A stretch of DNA of 64,000 nt from Euglena gracilis (lineage: Eukaryota). A program made the position numbers and the translations under genes. Below are positions 24,626 to 38,406 of this stretch, piece by piece (the first letter of the stretch is position 1; each line of letters opens with the position of its first letter). The notes below the pieces were generated by a model. That model was not told the origin of the DNA and searched no databases. It saw only the letters and a list, made by a program, of their open reading frames with translations. Location of the stretch: assembly GCA_039621445.1 (NCBI GenBank), contig CP154954.1, positions 23,138,954-23,202,953 on the forward strand. The letters are read 5' to 3'.

Positions 24626-27600
24626 TTAGGTTGCCGTTGCCTTTAAATCCTTAGAGACATCTAGCGGCAACACTTTTCCCAGGCAATACGCTATTACGTC
24701 GCTATTGTACTCCTGGAAAAAATGTTCCACCGGTTCCCAATTCGCCTCCTCAAACCCTTGCCACTTAGTTAAGAAAAACATTTTTCCCTTAACGAATTTG
24801 TGGTTTAGGATTTTATCCACTAACCAGGTATCTGGGGCACCTTCCGCCTTAGGTACCGTCCGCCGGTGGAAAAACAGGGAGATAGGCTGGCTTATCGGAT
24901 GTGGGGTCCTCCACATATACCTTCAAAGCCTTCCGATGGGCCTTCATAATATGGCCCGGCTTGACCTCAATTAGGTAGGAATGAATTACCTCCCTTGCGG
25001 TAACTTTGCAAGGGCACAACCAACGGGAATCTAATTTTGTGCCACCATCGGGGGGTCTCAGGTACCACACCAGATTCCCCACCTCCAATGGCTCCCAACC
25101 GTCTAAACTATGGTTGGCCCGAGCACATTGCTTGGCATGCAAATTATTCACTTTGCCAGCCACTACCAAATCAATTTCTCTTTGCCGAGAGAAAAATGAT
25201 CTGGCATCTTCACAATCCCTTAACGGTTCATAAGGTAAACCACCCAATGAACGGTGTCGACCGAACAAAATTTGAAATGGGCTTAGGCCTCTCCCCAGGC
25301 CTCTCCCCAGGCGTATCATGGATAGGGTCTAGTGCTTGGGGGAGGGCTTCAACCCAATTCAATTTGTCCTCAACCTGAATCTTTTTGAGCCGTTCCATTA
25401 TTTGTTGGCCAGCCCTCTCCGCCCTACCATTCGCCTAGTGATGGTAGACCTGGGAGTAGGCTTGCCTAATTCCCATCAAGGCACACATTGTCTGCCACCA
25501 ACCGGGGACAAAGTGTGAGCCTAGATCGGAAGGAATAATGGAAGTGACACCAAAAGGTCTCCAAGCATGCAACAGCATTTGCTTGGCTGCCTTGGCCCCC
25601 GTAAATCCTTTTGCTAGGTGGGGGATCGCCACTATCCAACCGGAGTGACGATCCACACACACAAGTATGGAGTCGTAAGAATTGCCTTCCCACTCCACGA
25701 GAGGCATGCTAAACATGTCAAGGGCCACCGAATACATTACGGCTGGGGGTATGGGTGTAGATTCCACTAACCCCTTAATACTCGCCGGCCTTCGGCACGC
25801 TTGGCAAGTCCCACAAAGGCCCATGACTCCTTTAGCAAAATCTCGAGCGAGTGAGGAATCGGCCCAGTCATACCTAAGGGACATGCATTCTCATAGCCTT
25901 GGGAATCCCACATGCCCCTGGTATGAGTGGTGATCCCGAATGAGATTTTCTTGGAGAGATTTGGGCACACAAAGCCTCTCCTCGAAAAACATTTTGTCAC
26001 CAAAAACCTTGATATTTTCAGGCCACGGCACCTTTGAATCCTGGGTAGCCTGAAAAATTGGTGACCAACGGGGACATTTTAAATATTCCTCCTTCCACGG
26101 TAAATCCCACACAGAACCAGGGGGGATGGGTGAGGAATCGGTTGTAGAAGTGGCTTCCCCCCCCCTCACCACCCAAACCACCTGAAGACAACACAGGTGA
26201 TTCTCGGTCTGCCCCAGGTACCTCAGTGGTAGCCGCGGCAGCAGGTGCAGGGGTTGGCATTGTTGGCGAAGCTGGTATAGAAGTGGGTGTCAATGGAAAA
26301 TGCTCCCCGCTTGGCCTCCTCCACCAGACTTGTCTCATTCCCAAACTCGTCAACCCGAGTTGAGAATGAAACATGTTTTCCTTTTTCTCCCTTGGAGGTG
26401 GAGGTTGAACCCAAAACCTGGGGTTTTGTTCCTCCAAGTGGTTCTGACTTCCTATCCCCCGGTCGTGTGCACCGTCCACCCGCGTCCCCGGACCCCGTGG
26501 TAGCACCACCCCGTGTGGTGACTCCACGAATGTATGTGTTGGCTGTGGTGGGTTGGTCCACCAACCGCAGCCACATACATTCTGCTTCTTCCAATTTTTC
26601 GGTTTGAGTGATTTCCCTCATTTCCTCGGTGTCAAGGGCAGACCCATGCCATGAAGTGTCCTTCAAGGCTTGGGAGGCCGGGTAAGCCCATCTTGACAAT
26701 AAATCGGCTATGGTATTCTCCCGCCCCGGGATATACCCAACCGAAAAGTCAAATTTTGATAATATTTGATGCCACCTGGCCCTTCTCCCAATGGGACCAC
26801 TTGGCGTATCTAGAACCTCTCTAGCCCAAGATTCTAGAGCCTTGTGGTCCGTGAGAACCAGGACGGGCTGCAGCCCAATCCATGATTCCCACTTTTGTAA
26901 GGCTAGGATTATGGCATAAGTCTCCTGTTCCCTAGGTACCCAGTTTCTTTGGCTGCCCGTTAGCTTCCTACTCATGAAAGCGACAGGCACAGTACGCTTG
27001 GCCCGTACGTCTTCAAGAGTAGGAGCCCTATCCTCCCCAACCAATTGTTCAAGGGTGGCACCAACCGCATACTGGCTGGCATCCACTCTTAAAACAAATG
27101 GTTTGTCTGGCTTAACGTGTTGCAAAATTAATTCACTGCACAACAGTGATTTAATTTTCTCAAATGCCTCAATGTCGGATGGTTCCCAAGAAATACTTTT
27201 CTTGGAACCCTTCTTGCCGTCCACTCGAGAAACTTTGAGCTTATCTTGAAGGCAAGCAACAATGTGGGCGTAATCCTTCACGTAGGAGCTGTAATAATTT
27301 GTGAACCCCAGAAAAGCACGTAAACCCGTGATTGTTTGGGGTAGCTCCCGTTTTTCAATGGCCATTAGCTTTCCAGGGGATGGGTTTCTCACCCCACCAC
27401 CCAGAACATGGCCACAAAACTCAACTTCTTTTACGAAAAGACGGCATTTTCTTTTGTCAGCCACAAATCTTTCTTTTCGTAAAACTTCAAGGACTCTTCG
27501 CAAATCCTTGTCATGTGCTACGAGTAAATCCTCACCAGGAACCACCCGAGTTCCAATCAAAATGTCGTCGATGTAAGGATCAGCCACGTCCCCCACCAGG

Positions 27601-28880
27601 AAGAGGCGATCCTCCATCATTTGCTTAAACTGCTGGCTTGCTTTTGTTAGACCCATCACATCAACCCTCCACTGAAACAGACCGAGGGGGGTACTACAAC
27701 ATGTGATGGGCCGGCTTTCCGGGTCCAACGGCTGTTGGTGGAAAGCCTGCCGTAAATCCAAGATGGAAAACATCATGTTTCCGCCTTGTTTTACCAGGAG
27801 GTCTTCAATTACGGGAAGGGGGTAGGACACACGCCTAGTTTGACTGTTAGGCCCCCGCATGTCTACCACTCCCCTCCATTCACCTCCTTTTTTCGGCACT
27901 ACAAATGTTACGGACAGCCATTCCGAAACTGTTCCCTTGGGTAATCGTTCAACAAAATTCTGGTCCCACCATTCCTGTGTGACCTTTTTGTGAGCTTCAA
28001 ATCTTTCACCGTGTAGGACAAAAGGTTTTTGCCTTGTGGGTACAGCCCCCTCCTTCAGAGGAATCTGGGCGTAACCATAAGGTCCCCGAACTGGAGGGTC
28101 AGGGGGTACCTCCGTACCCAACACCTCCCCTTAAAAATCCTGAAAAACTTTATCCCGAAATGCTACCACCCTGGGGTCCTCCTTCTCACCCGAGTCGCGA
28201 GCCTGGATTATGGCATTCACTGCCTTGTCCTCGGCTGGCGATTCGGTGAGATGGTTAGATATGGTATGCAATTCCTTCTTACCAAGGAATTCGGGTTGCA
28301 TATCAAAGCCTTGCAAGGGTAGGTGTAAATTCATTTTTTGCAGGTCCAACCACACTTTTTCATTTTCAAGGGACTCCGTGGTTGGTGCGTTTTCAGGGTA
28401 TTCTCCGAAGTCAGAAACCACAACCCCAATTCTTTTTTGTGAATTGTGTTTTTTCTTCCCATTATGGGATTTCCGTTTCTGATTTCTTGTATCCCACCCG
28501 TACAAGAAAGTCAGATTAGGATTGTCAAAAACCAAGGCCTTATGGTGTGGGAACACACCCAAACCATGTTCGGCTAACCATGGAAATGATAATATAGCAT
28601 CTACCTCAATATCCGCGAGGTAGAATTCCCCTTCTAGGTACAAGGCCTGGGTGCCCCCCTGCCCCGTACCCCTTCGTTGAAAACCCAACTCCAACTTAAT
28701 ACGCTGGTCGCCCCCCAAAACGCATTGGCCGTTGGCAGCCACCAGCCGAATTGGCATTCGCGGTGACCTGGCCAAATGTTTTGGAACGATGGACTTTTTG
28801 ACCAGGTTCACCTGGGCTCCCGTGTCAACCAAAACTCTGAGCTGCCTGGCACTCCGTTAGGGAGATACGTCTGTGATAGC
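24626..28880 (-). pseudogene. pol: Element C unit 2 pol: protease-RT-RNaseH-integrase-chromodomain
   Basis: VDTGAQVNL (28832), ORF 26223-28124 with YIDD and RNaseH, integrase 25435-26181, chromodomain 24626-24916. Confidence 0.95.
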
Positions 28881-29029
28881 ATCAAAAGTTGCAGCTCGTT
28901 TTCAATGGGCAACACCTGATTAACCTTCGAGGTGTTGGCCAAATGACAACAACGGTCTGGAATTTCCCAAATCCTCAAAGTCCTGGGAATTTTGGGAAAT
29001 TTCTTTGGGCTGCCCCCCCAGAAAATCCC

Positions 29030-29787
29030 CAGCACTTAGGAGATAATCAATCACCAGGGGGGTATTCTTCCTTTTTGTCGGGGGGTGAACTTCATTTTTC
29101 TGCCCCCCAACAATTCACGGTGCCGGAACTGCCATTGTCCCCCATCACCAGGTTAGGACACGATTCGCCATCGCACAACACCGACCGTAATTGTGAAATG
29201 GCTGGGCAGCACCAGAAACGTGTGGGTTTTTTATAACCCCAATCCGAAAACTGACAATAATCAATGTCGATATAGGGCAGGTTTTTCACCACCTCCCTAT
29301 TTCGCAAAAGACCAGTGCGCGGGTTCTCCAACCACCACAACTTTGGCTGAAAATAATTTATAATTTCCAGGGCTTTCTCCACCAGGGCATCCGCCTGGGA
29401 GAAATCCCTCGGCCTGGGGTTATAGGCTGTGGAATAAATATTACAGGGGGGACTAGCGGCAATAACCTCAAAAAATCCAAAGGGGTATCGCCTGTAGTCC
29501 CAGGTCAAAATGTCTGTGTGGGGGTGGAAGTCCGTCCAGGGGGCATTTTCAATTGACAAAACTTCATACCCCCGTTCTGCCAACCGCCTCCCTACTGAAC
29601 CCGTGCCAGCGAATAAATCTAATGCCTGAGGTCGCTGGACTGATGGTAGGGGGTTGGGCTGTGGCAGGTTTGAATGCAAAACAGGAACCCTTGAACATTT
29701 CCCTTCCCTCCAGGAGTATCGGGTCCGATTCAAAAATCTGGGGGGCTGATCCAAAGAATGTTTCTCACCACACCCCGAATCAGCCAT
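29030..29787 (-). CDS. C5-cytosine methyltransferase domain, element C unit 2 (best-preserved copy)
   Basis: One frame holds LDLFAGTGS, EVLSIE, TDIL, ASPPC, WLENP and GYKKPTRFW. A C-terminal RIPP(L)VIDYLL is recoverable after two frameshifts. Confidence 0.93.
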
Positions 29788-29901
29788 AAAATCCTGTACA
29801 GCCCAGTTTTTTGAATCAAAAATATTTACACCGTTTTCCTCACAGGGGGGAGAGACACGGCCATGGGCAGCCCCCCCCTTCTCAAACTGCCCCTGGCCCC
29901 C

Positions 29902-32900
29902 CTATTGGGCCCCAGGGGGAGAAGAGGTTGGCCCACCCCTTTGACCATGCACCCCCCTTGCCTGGGGAATTTCGCTGAGTGGCTGGCTGCCCTGTACCCT
30001 TGGGCTGCATCCTTGCCTTTTCCATTTTTTTTGCCAAAATTCCTTAGATTTAGCAAGGGCCTCACTCAGCGGTTTTTCACACTCATAAAAATAATGTCCA
30101 CACTCCCCACAGTTGAAGCACGGATATGGCGACCTGCCCCGACCCGATGCCTGCGGGGTCCAGGTCTGCCCCCCTTTGCCTTGCCGGGCTGGGGGAGTTG
30201 GACTTTGGGTCCGCGACCATGAAGCTGCACCTGGCCGCGAAGCTGAAGATGGGGACCTGCCACGTGGGGCTGGCTGGGCTGCCCCCTTATCGCCCTTCGC
30301 AGCTGGCTGTGGGGCAGATTTTGAGGTGTGACCCTGCCCTCCAGCCGCTGGTGTTGACACAGAGGTTGGAGACACCGGGGGGGTTTGGCCTTTTTCCAAC
30401 ACCTGTATTTTCCATGAGCCTTTTGTTGTTGATTTGCTGAATAATCTGGGAAAATGGTGCTGATTCAAAGCCAAATCCTGCTTTTCCCGAGGAGCCAACC
30501 TGCCCTCGGCAAAAGCAAACATTTCCTCAACGGCCATTAGTTGTTCCACCAATTCGGCGTTGAGGAAATTTTCCATGCCCTGCAATTTCCTTCCATTTAC
30601 GGCTGTTAATTTTAGTGCCTCCTCCGAAGACCTGAAATAAATAAGGCAAATGGCACCAGGGTTTTTGTAACCACTTTCCGTGGATCAATCCCCCCAGTGA
30701 TCTGGCTCACACTCCTTTTAATCCCATCCACCGTGTGATTTGGTATCCCTGTGAGCCTGACAATGGGTTGTTTACGGGCTCGGTTATCCTCCTCTTCTAT
30801 GCAAAGCTTGCTTAAAAAAGGAGGAATTCTTTCCAAAAATAATCGCCGAGCCTCCCCGGCTGTGGCATCCTTAACATGGTGCCAGGCACTGCAAAACTTA
30901 ATCCAAAATTCTTGCAGATCAGCCCGGGTATTTTCCCTTCGTTAACCATGGTTACCTCCTGCCATATTTTCCGAGCCGTTAGCCCCTTACTCGAAGCATT
31001 ACGACTCTGGAACTGGGCCAATTTGGTGGGGTAACTTAATTTAGCTCCATTCAGCCGATAGAGCCTGATTTCCTCCCTTAACGTGGGTCCTAAACATGCC
31101 TCAAAAACCTGCAGCTTTTGCAAATCAGAATACGGTTTCCGTGATGTCAACCTGTCCCAGTAAAGATTCCAATCTACTTCAAAATCTTGCCAGGAAATGC
31201 TGCCCGATTCATCAAAATAGGGCTTAGCACCTCCCTGCAAAATTTCAAAAGCTACTGGTTCACCAATAAAAGGAAAACCCAACCCGTTACCTGGGTTGGC
31301 TGCAGCCACCTCTGTCCCGATAGGCCTAATCGAGAAAGCAGAGGCTGCAGAAACGTGTGGAGGGACACACAATGACACAGAAGAAACCACTGCTGTGTCT
31401 TGCGTGCCCTCCAAAACAAATCCCCCCTCAATAACTAAGGGAGGGGAAATGTTTGAACCTGCAGATTTATTTTGCAAAAAATTCTGATCTGAAAAAGCTG
31501 GGTCAGCACTGGGCACCGTGCTGGCCAGAGGGCTGGAAGGCTGCCCCAGGGGCTGCTGCTGTCCAGCCGACGGCAGGCCCAGCCCCCTTGGCATCCCGTG
31601 AGCAGGCTGCGGCTCTCCTGCTGGCTGGCCAGGCTGCTGGGCTAGCTGGCCGACGGGCTGCTGGGCCAGCTGCTGCCCAGGCTGTGGCAGCCCAACTGGG
31701 TGCAGGGGCTGCTGGCTGCCCTGCCGCAGCCACCACATGTCAGAAATTTTCTGCAAAACTCCTCTCGGTTCTGCAGTTGGGTGTACGGGTCCATTTTGTT
31801 GTATATCCTGCAACACTTTCTGCAACTCGAAAGTGTTCCCCCCAACTTTTGCAAGTCCCTGCCTTAATTCCTCCACCAGCCCACCAAATTTCTTCTCCTG
31901 GGAACAAATCTGCTGATGAACACTCTGAAAATTCTGCTGACAATCCGTCAACAGTTTTTGTATTTCTGAGTGTCGTTTCCCTGCTTCATCTGAAATATTC
32001 TGGTGCAGTTTCTGAATACCACCACCAAAACCATGGAGGGCCGTATTCGTTGCTGAATTTTGCACACTCAGCTGGCGAACATAATCAGCGAACTGCTGGA
32101 GCTGCCGAGCCTGGCCCTGTACCGTACTACGCAGCGATACCAGGTCAGCCTGAACTTCAATGATTTTGGCAGCGACAACGGCCAGCTCCTGGAGAGTTTC
32201 TGCCTCCCCCCCTTGAGCTGGCTTGGCGGCTTTAAAATTCTCAGCAAACCGCTGAAAATTTTCAAGCCCGAGATCCTTAATTGGTAAGGCAGCCACCTAA
32301 TTCTGCACTTGTTTCAAAATTTCCTGTGGCAGGCTCTCCAAAATTCGTAAAAACTCCTGCCTCAGTGCGAAAAACTGATCACGGCTCGAAGAAAACTGTT
32401 GGGCCAGTTTTTCCTCAAAACTTTTTTCCTGGCCGACAAAAAGTTCAAGTGCCTGTGCGTCAATTTTTTGCACAGAAATTTGCACCTGGGCCTCACATTT
32501 TTTCTCAAAAAGTTCAAAAATATGGAGGCAGTCAGCCCTGGCCGTTTCTTCGATTCGTGCAGTCATGTGCTCCACCAGGTGGATGTCGACAGCGGGGGGT
32601 TGTTGCTGCTGCTGCTGCAGAACCCACTCTTTGTTGGCTTTTTCCAAAGCCAAAACCCGAAAATTCGGGTGCTGCACTGTCCACTGGAGGTCTCTGTTAC
32701 TTTGTAAAAATTGCCCCCAGGGGTCTTCAAATCCCTGATTTTGTGAACCCCCCCCTGGGGGTGGGTTCAGAACTTTCATGGGCTGGGGGTTGGACCTCCT
32801 CCTCACCCCCCTCGATGAAAATATGAGGAGGCTGGGGGGTTGCAGCAGCAGCTGGCTGACCGTGATCAACCTCACGGTGCAGCCGTTTTTGCTGAAGTTC

Positions 32901-33758
32901 ATGACTGCCTGGTGATGAAGCCGGTGTTCGGGGTCGTCGAGCAGAAGTAGAGCTGGGCTGGTCCTTCGGGTTTTCCTCTGCCTGCTCGACTTCTGCTCTG
33001 ACCCGTTCGCTGCTGTCCCAGTTATTATTATTGTTTAAGCCCAGCACACTGACCTGTGCTTGCTTTTCAAAGAAAACTGGGCTGGGGTTATCACCCCCCT
33101 GCCCTGCCGAGGCACTTGCCGTTTCCTTCACCAGCCCATCTACCTGGGATGGTTGGGAATACTGCAAAAATGCCACCGGCTCTTGGGCTGGTGTTGAAGA
33201 AACTGGTTGAGCTGGAGGCAAAGGCAATGCAAAAGCGGGTAATGATGGCAGATTCCCTATATTTTGCACCCATGAAAAGTCAGGGAGAGGTTGCAACTCG
33301 GGCAGCACAAAACCGTACCCCATATTTTGCAAAGGCAAAACCCCCGAAAAAGGCTCTGGAAAACACGGTTGGTTGGAAATGACAACCTGGCCATCCCCAC
33401 CCTGAAATTCCAACATCTGTCCCATATTTGTGGGGGCTCTGAGTTCAGCCAAACTGGTTTCGGGTCCCAACTCCCTGTTCCCCGAAACTCTAATCGTCCG
33501 ATTTACCATCTGAGATTGGGCCATTGGCTGATTGTCAAAGAAAACATTCTGAGCAGGGAATTCCAACCCAAAATTTCCGACAGAAGGCTGAAGGATCAAC
33601 CTCTGCTTACCATGTTTCACACCCGTGCTGCCATGTCCCACGGCAGCACTGGGATGAAGCGGAAACCCCCGAACCGGGCCAGTTTCCAGCGTAGGATCGT
33701 TTTTTTGGCTCCTCGAGCCGACTTGTGTCGGAAATTTTCCCCCATTCTGCACCCCCAT
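29902..33758 (-). pseudogene. gag: Element C unit 2 gag
   Basis: ORFs 32727-33758, 32297-32902, 30812-32296, 30612-30836 and 29902-30585, the last with the CCHC knuckle. Confidence 0.85.
33600..33612 (-). promoter_or_regulatory. Primer-binding site, unit 2
   Basis: TGGTAAGCAGAGG adjacent to the 5' LTR. Confidence 0.8.
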
Positions 33759-34722
33759 GTGGCCGAAACTGGGCCATCATTTCCAAGGAGGAACTTCCCA
33801 GTGGACCCTCCCCGACCCCTGAGGGGGGTGTCACTGGGATCTCCAAGGGGGGTGCCTTTGGGGTTTCAACCCCTCCCTGCTCAGCTGAACCAGTGAGAGC
33901 CAACACCCCCCCCCCCCCTGGGTGTCATTTCTCACAGTTTCTGGGCCAAAAAGGGGGTTTTGGGGTGAAAATTGGCCTGTGGTTGCCTGAGTTGAGGAGT
34001 CCCACCCCCTGCCACTTTTCCCACAGATGAGGTGGGGGGAAGACAAACCTCACCTTCTTCAATTGAGCTTTCTTGATTGATTTGTTGTCCTTCCATTTGC
34101 AATTCCAATTGTAAATCCAAGTTCAATGATTGAATGTAATTGGTCGTAATTGACACAACAAATTCAATGGTGAAACAAGTGAAGAGGAAAACCCTGTGAA
34201 AAGAAAATGATTTTGATGCCCCTGATGGGCAGTTAAATTTAGGATTGAGTGCGCTGATTCCTAAGCGCTCTCAAATCCCAAATCCTGGCCCATTGCATCA
34301 AAATAAACCAATCCAAGTCAAAATCAAGGTTTCCCTCCTTGATTTTGATAAATTATGCTGAATTCCATCATTATTGAGCTTTGCAAACCCCTGCAAAAAC
34401 TACAGGAACTCAGGCGCCGATCTCTTAAAATTCTGTTCCAAGCGCTTGCAAGCGCTCCCACCAAATCCAACATTTTCCCTTAAAACCGAAGGAAAAATGC
34501 ATAAAAAGCTTAAAAATATGCTAAATAGACCCAAAATCACCATTTGGGAATACCTAGCATCACTCATTCTCTCTCCTTGCACAACCAAACCATGGGGGCC
34601 CTAGGAGAGGTAATTTTAATGGAAATCTTTAGAAAGCCTTACGGCTAGAGCAAAACCGCCCTCAAAAGGCCTTCTAAAAGGAAAATCTCCGCCGCCCGGC
34701 GGTCGACCTCAAACGGTCGTCA
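33613..34722 (-). repeat. Element C LTR 3 (5' LTR)
   Basis: TGTTTCACACCC...GGTCGTCA followed by the TSD GAAG. Confidence 0.96.
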
Positions 34723-37700
34723 GAAGTGGAGGCACGGGCAGCCCAAGGGTTCATCCTTGTTCCCGAAGGGGAACAGGTCACCAGCCAGCGGGCTGAGGAG
34801 CTTCGGGCAGCCCTCGGGAGGTACTCCGAGAGGGAGGTTCTCCGAGACAGGATTTGGGGAAAGTATCGTCCGGGGCCCCTGGGGGAAGGTAAAATCGACT
34901 TAAAACCGGGATCTGTAGCGAAAAAGAAGAGGCCCATCCGCCTGACGGGGGAGAGGCACAGGACATTGTGTGATCTGGTGGATGAGTGGGTTCGGGACAA
35001 GAAGGTGGAGGAGGGGGTGCCTAGTGCCTTGAGCAGCCCCACATTCGTGGTGGCCAAGAAACAAGGGAAGTGGCTTGGGTTTGTAGATTTCCGGGCATTG
35101 AACGAGGCCACAGTGACGGATGCATACCCCCTCCCCAGGATCCAGGACATCCTGGTGAACCAGGGACCAAGGTACCTGTTCTCCGTCCTTGATCTCAAGG
35201 ATGCCTTCCATCAGGTGCCCCTGCACGAAGACTCGCGCCCATACACCCGCTGCAGCACCCCGCGGGGGTCCAAGCAGTGGAGTGTGGCCGTGATGGGCCT
35301 GAAAAATGGAGTGGCCATTTTTCAGCGGGTGATCGACTACTCGCTGAGTGATGTGGCTGATGTCGCCAACCCATACGTTGACGACATGATTGTGGTCATT
35401 GTGCTCCGTCCCGTGGCACGTAGGAAGCTACCCTGGAGGCACACGACCAGGACATTAGACGAGCGTTGGTGGCACTGCGGGAACACCGCCTGGTCGTGGA
35501 CAAAAACAAGTGCTGCTTCTTCGTAAGAGGAGTTGAATTCTGTGGCCACATCCTGGGGGGAGGAAAACGGAGGCCAGCACCGGGCAAACTCATGGCGCTG
35601 GAGAAGTGGGAGGAGCCCCGCACGATCACATCCATCAGGGGCTTTCTGGGCTTCACCAACTACTACTCCAGCTACGTGACAGAGTACGCCCGGTATGTAG
35701 CCCCCCTGATGGAACTCCTCAAGGTGGGACGTGTGGAAGGGAAAAACGGCAGCAAAAAACCTGTTAAATTCGGCAAAGTGGAACGGGAGGCCCTCACCGC
35801 CCTGAATCAGGAGCTCCTCCGGTGACTGGAGCTCCGCACCATCAACCTGGACCAGCCTCTCATTCTCTGGGTTGATGCGAGCGACAACGTGGTGGGGGCA
35901 GCCCTTGAACAGTTTTTGGAGCCAACGAAGGAGATGGCCACAGCCGGGGAGGCCACCACACGGAAAACCGTGCCTGTGGCCTTCTGCTCCAGGAAGCTCA
36001 CGGCTGGGCAGGTGAAGAGCTGGTCTCCGCGAGAGAAGGAGACTTACGCCATCATCCTGGCCCTCCAAAAATGGGCCTCCTACATCGGCCTGCAGCCGGT
36101 GTTGGTCCTAACGGACCACAAGTCCCTGGAGGCCTGGGCCAAGGAGACCCTGGACACGCCCATCGGACCTGCCGGGAGGCGGGGATGCTGGCATGAAATG
36201 TTCTCTCTGTTTGACCTTAACGTGGTCTACATCCCGGGAAAGGAAAACGTGGTGGCAGATGCCCTGAGCATATGGGCATATCCTGCCTGCAAAGCTTTTG
36301 CCGACGTCAGCCTCCACGGGAGTGAGGAGGATGGTGAGACAATGAGGGCCATGATCGAGGAAGAACGGAGGGTAAAGCGAGAATGCGGGACACCGCACGG
36401 GGGGGAGGAACTCCACGTAGCGGTAACAACACGTAGTGGGAGAGACACATCAGCACAGCACAGACCTGGCCCGAGCCCCACAGAGGGGTAGGGGGCTGAG
36501 GATTCAGTGCCAGGGGGCCCTGGCCCTGACACCACAGGGGGGGAGGGGCCTGTGGACGCCCCCTCGGGAGATTCGGGTGACATCCTCACGGGAGGGGAGG
36601 GGCCTGGGGTACCTGGGTTGGACACGCGGGAGACACGAGGCTACCCGCGTGCCCATCTTTTCGTGGATGAATTCGTGAATGAACAGGCGGCAAGAAGGGG
36701 GGGACCTGAGGAACACCAACCAGGGCGAAGAGTTCTGAGTGAGGACCTGCAGCCAAACCCCCCCATCGATGATCACCCCCGGGGGGTTCTTGGGGAACCT
36801 GAGGGAACCTATTTCACTTTCTCCAGACACGGGGGTGCACACCCAGGAGGAGGTGGAGGAGGATCCCTCCATCCCAGTGATGGACAGGGATTGGTCACGG
36901 GCATATGGGAATTGCCCTGTGTGGGGGCCTGTTTTTGCAAGTGTGCAGGCCCCTGCGGGAGATTGAGATTGGGCTGAGGGAGTCCGTCTTTACGAGGACA
37001 AAATGTACACGGACGGGCTCCTCTGTGTGCCCACCAGCTTGATGGGGCTCGTGGTCCGGGCCCACCACGGGGACGCGGGCCACCCAGGAGCCTCCAGGCT
37101 ATGGCACCAGATGGGGCGGTGGTACAGGTTCGCGGATCCAAGGGGAGCTGAGAAAATCACCCAAGGCATCCAGCGGCAATGTGAAATCTGCCAAGCCTGT
37201 GACCCCTCTCGAGCACCTTCCAAGTGTGCTCTCGAAGCCACCCCTGTGCCACCGTTCCTCATGGACAGCGTGGCAGTGGACCTGTTCGCCATGCCTGAGG
37301 TGACCCACGAGGGCCAGGTGTATGATTACCTGGCCCTGTGCGTGGACCGTGAGAGTGGGTGGAAAGTGGCCACCCCCAACAAGTACAAGTGCCTGACATC
37401 TGAGGTGGTGGCAAAGGCCATGTTCTGCCACTGGGACATGTTCGGGGTACCCCCTGTGGTGACCTCGGACCGTGGCCCCCACTTTGTTTCGGCTTGGTGG
37501 CAAACAATGTGCGCCGCCATGAGGGTGAGGCGTGCCTACGGGCAGACCTACCACCACCAGGCCAACGGTCGGGCAGAGGTGGCAGGCCAACGGGTGATGA
37601 ACACCCTGACCAAGCTGATCGCCGACCTGTCGGAAAAGGAGGCCTCATGGGTGGTGCTGTTACCCAAGGCTCTCCGGCACCTTCACGATGTGCCTGGGGA

Positions 37701-38406
37701 GTTCGGCTTGTCGCCCTACGAGGTGGTCTTCGGGCGGCACAGACCACTACAAGGCCTGCCCCATCAGCCCCCACGAGAAGCCGAGGGGGCGGCTGATTTC
37801 ATGGCACGGATGCGGGCTATGGATGAGAAGGTGGCCTCCACCCTGAATGTCCTCCACACCAAGAGGCAGGCTTCCATCAACGCCAGGAGAAGGGACCCAC
37901 CTCCCCTGGAGGTCGGTGACAGGGTGTGGTACCGCCCCGAGACACAGCCGGGGACAGACAAGTTGGCCACCAAGTGGAAAAGGGGGACAGTGGTGGCTCG
38001 CAGGGGTGGCCACTCATATGTGGTGGAGCTGGCCCCGGGGGCCCGCAAAGAGGCTCACCGGAGCCAGCTCAAGCTCCACACGGAGGGTGAGTTCTCCTCA
38101 GACCCCCTCCCACTCTTCTATTTCAACGACAAGGCGGCCCCCCTGGAGGTGAGCCCCGATGAGTGGTTGGTGGAGGAGATTGTGGGCAGCCGGAACCACC
38201 CGGAAACGGGAGTCCCAGAATTTCAGGTGAGGTGGAAAAATTGGGATCCGACGGATCTCCAATGGCTGACATGGTCGGATTTCTTCCATCCTACGACGAG
38301 GATGTGGTGTATTATTGTGCAGCCAAGGGGATCCCGTTGGAGGTGGTGGGACTTCTCCGCCCCGGGAGGAGAGGGGCGGGGTCGAAGGCAACAGGGGAGG
38401 GTTTGA
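34723..38406 (+). pseudogene. pol: Element B, 3' half: RT-RNaseH-integrase-chromodomain
   Basis: VDFRALN, LDLKDAFHQ, YVDD; VDAS, KETYAI, LTDHKSL; HH..GHPG, CEICQ, VAVDLF, SDRG, QANGRAE; WLVEEIV..FQVRWKNW. Confidence 0.95.

Larger units (their letters stand above)
9796..34722 (-). mobile_element. Element C: tandem Gypsy insertion (LTR-int-LTR-int-LTR), period ~11.9 kb
   Basis: Three TG...CA LTRs, two near-identical internal regions, and a 4-bp TSD GAAG at 9792-9795 and 34723-34726. Confidence 0.96.
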
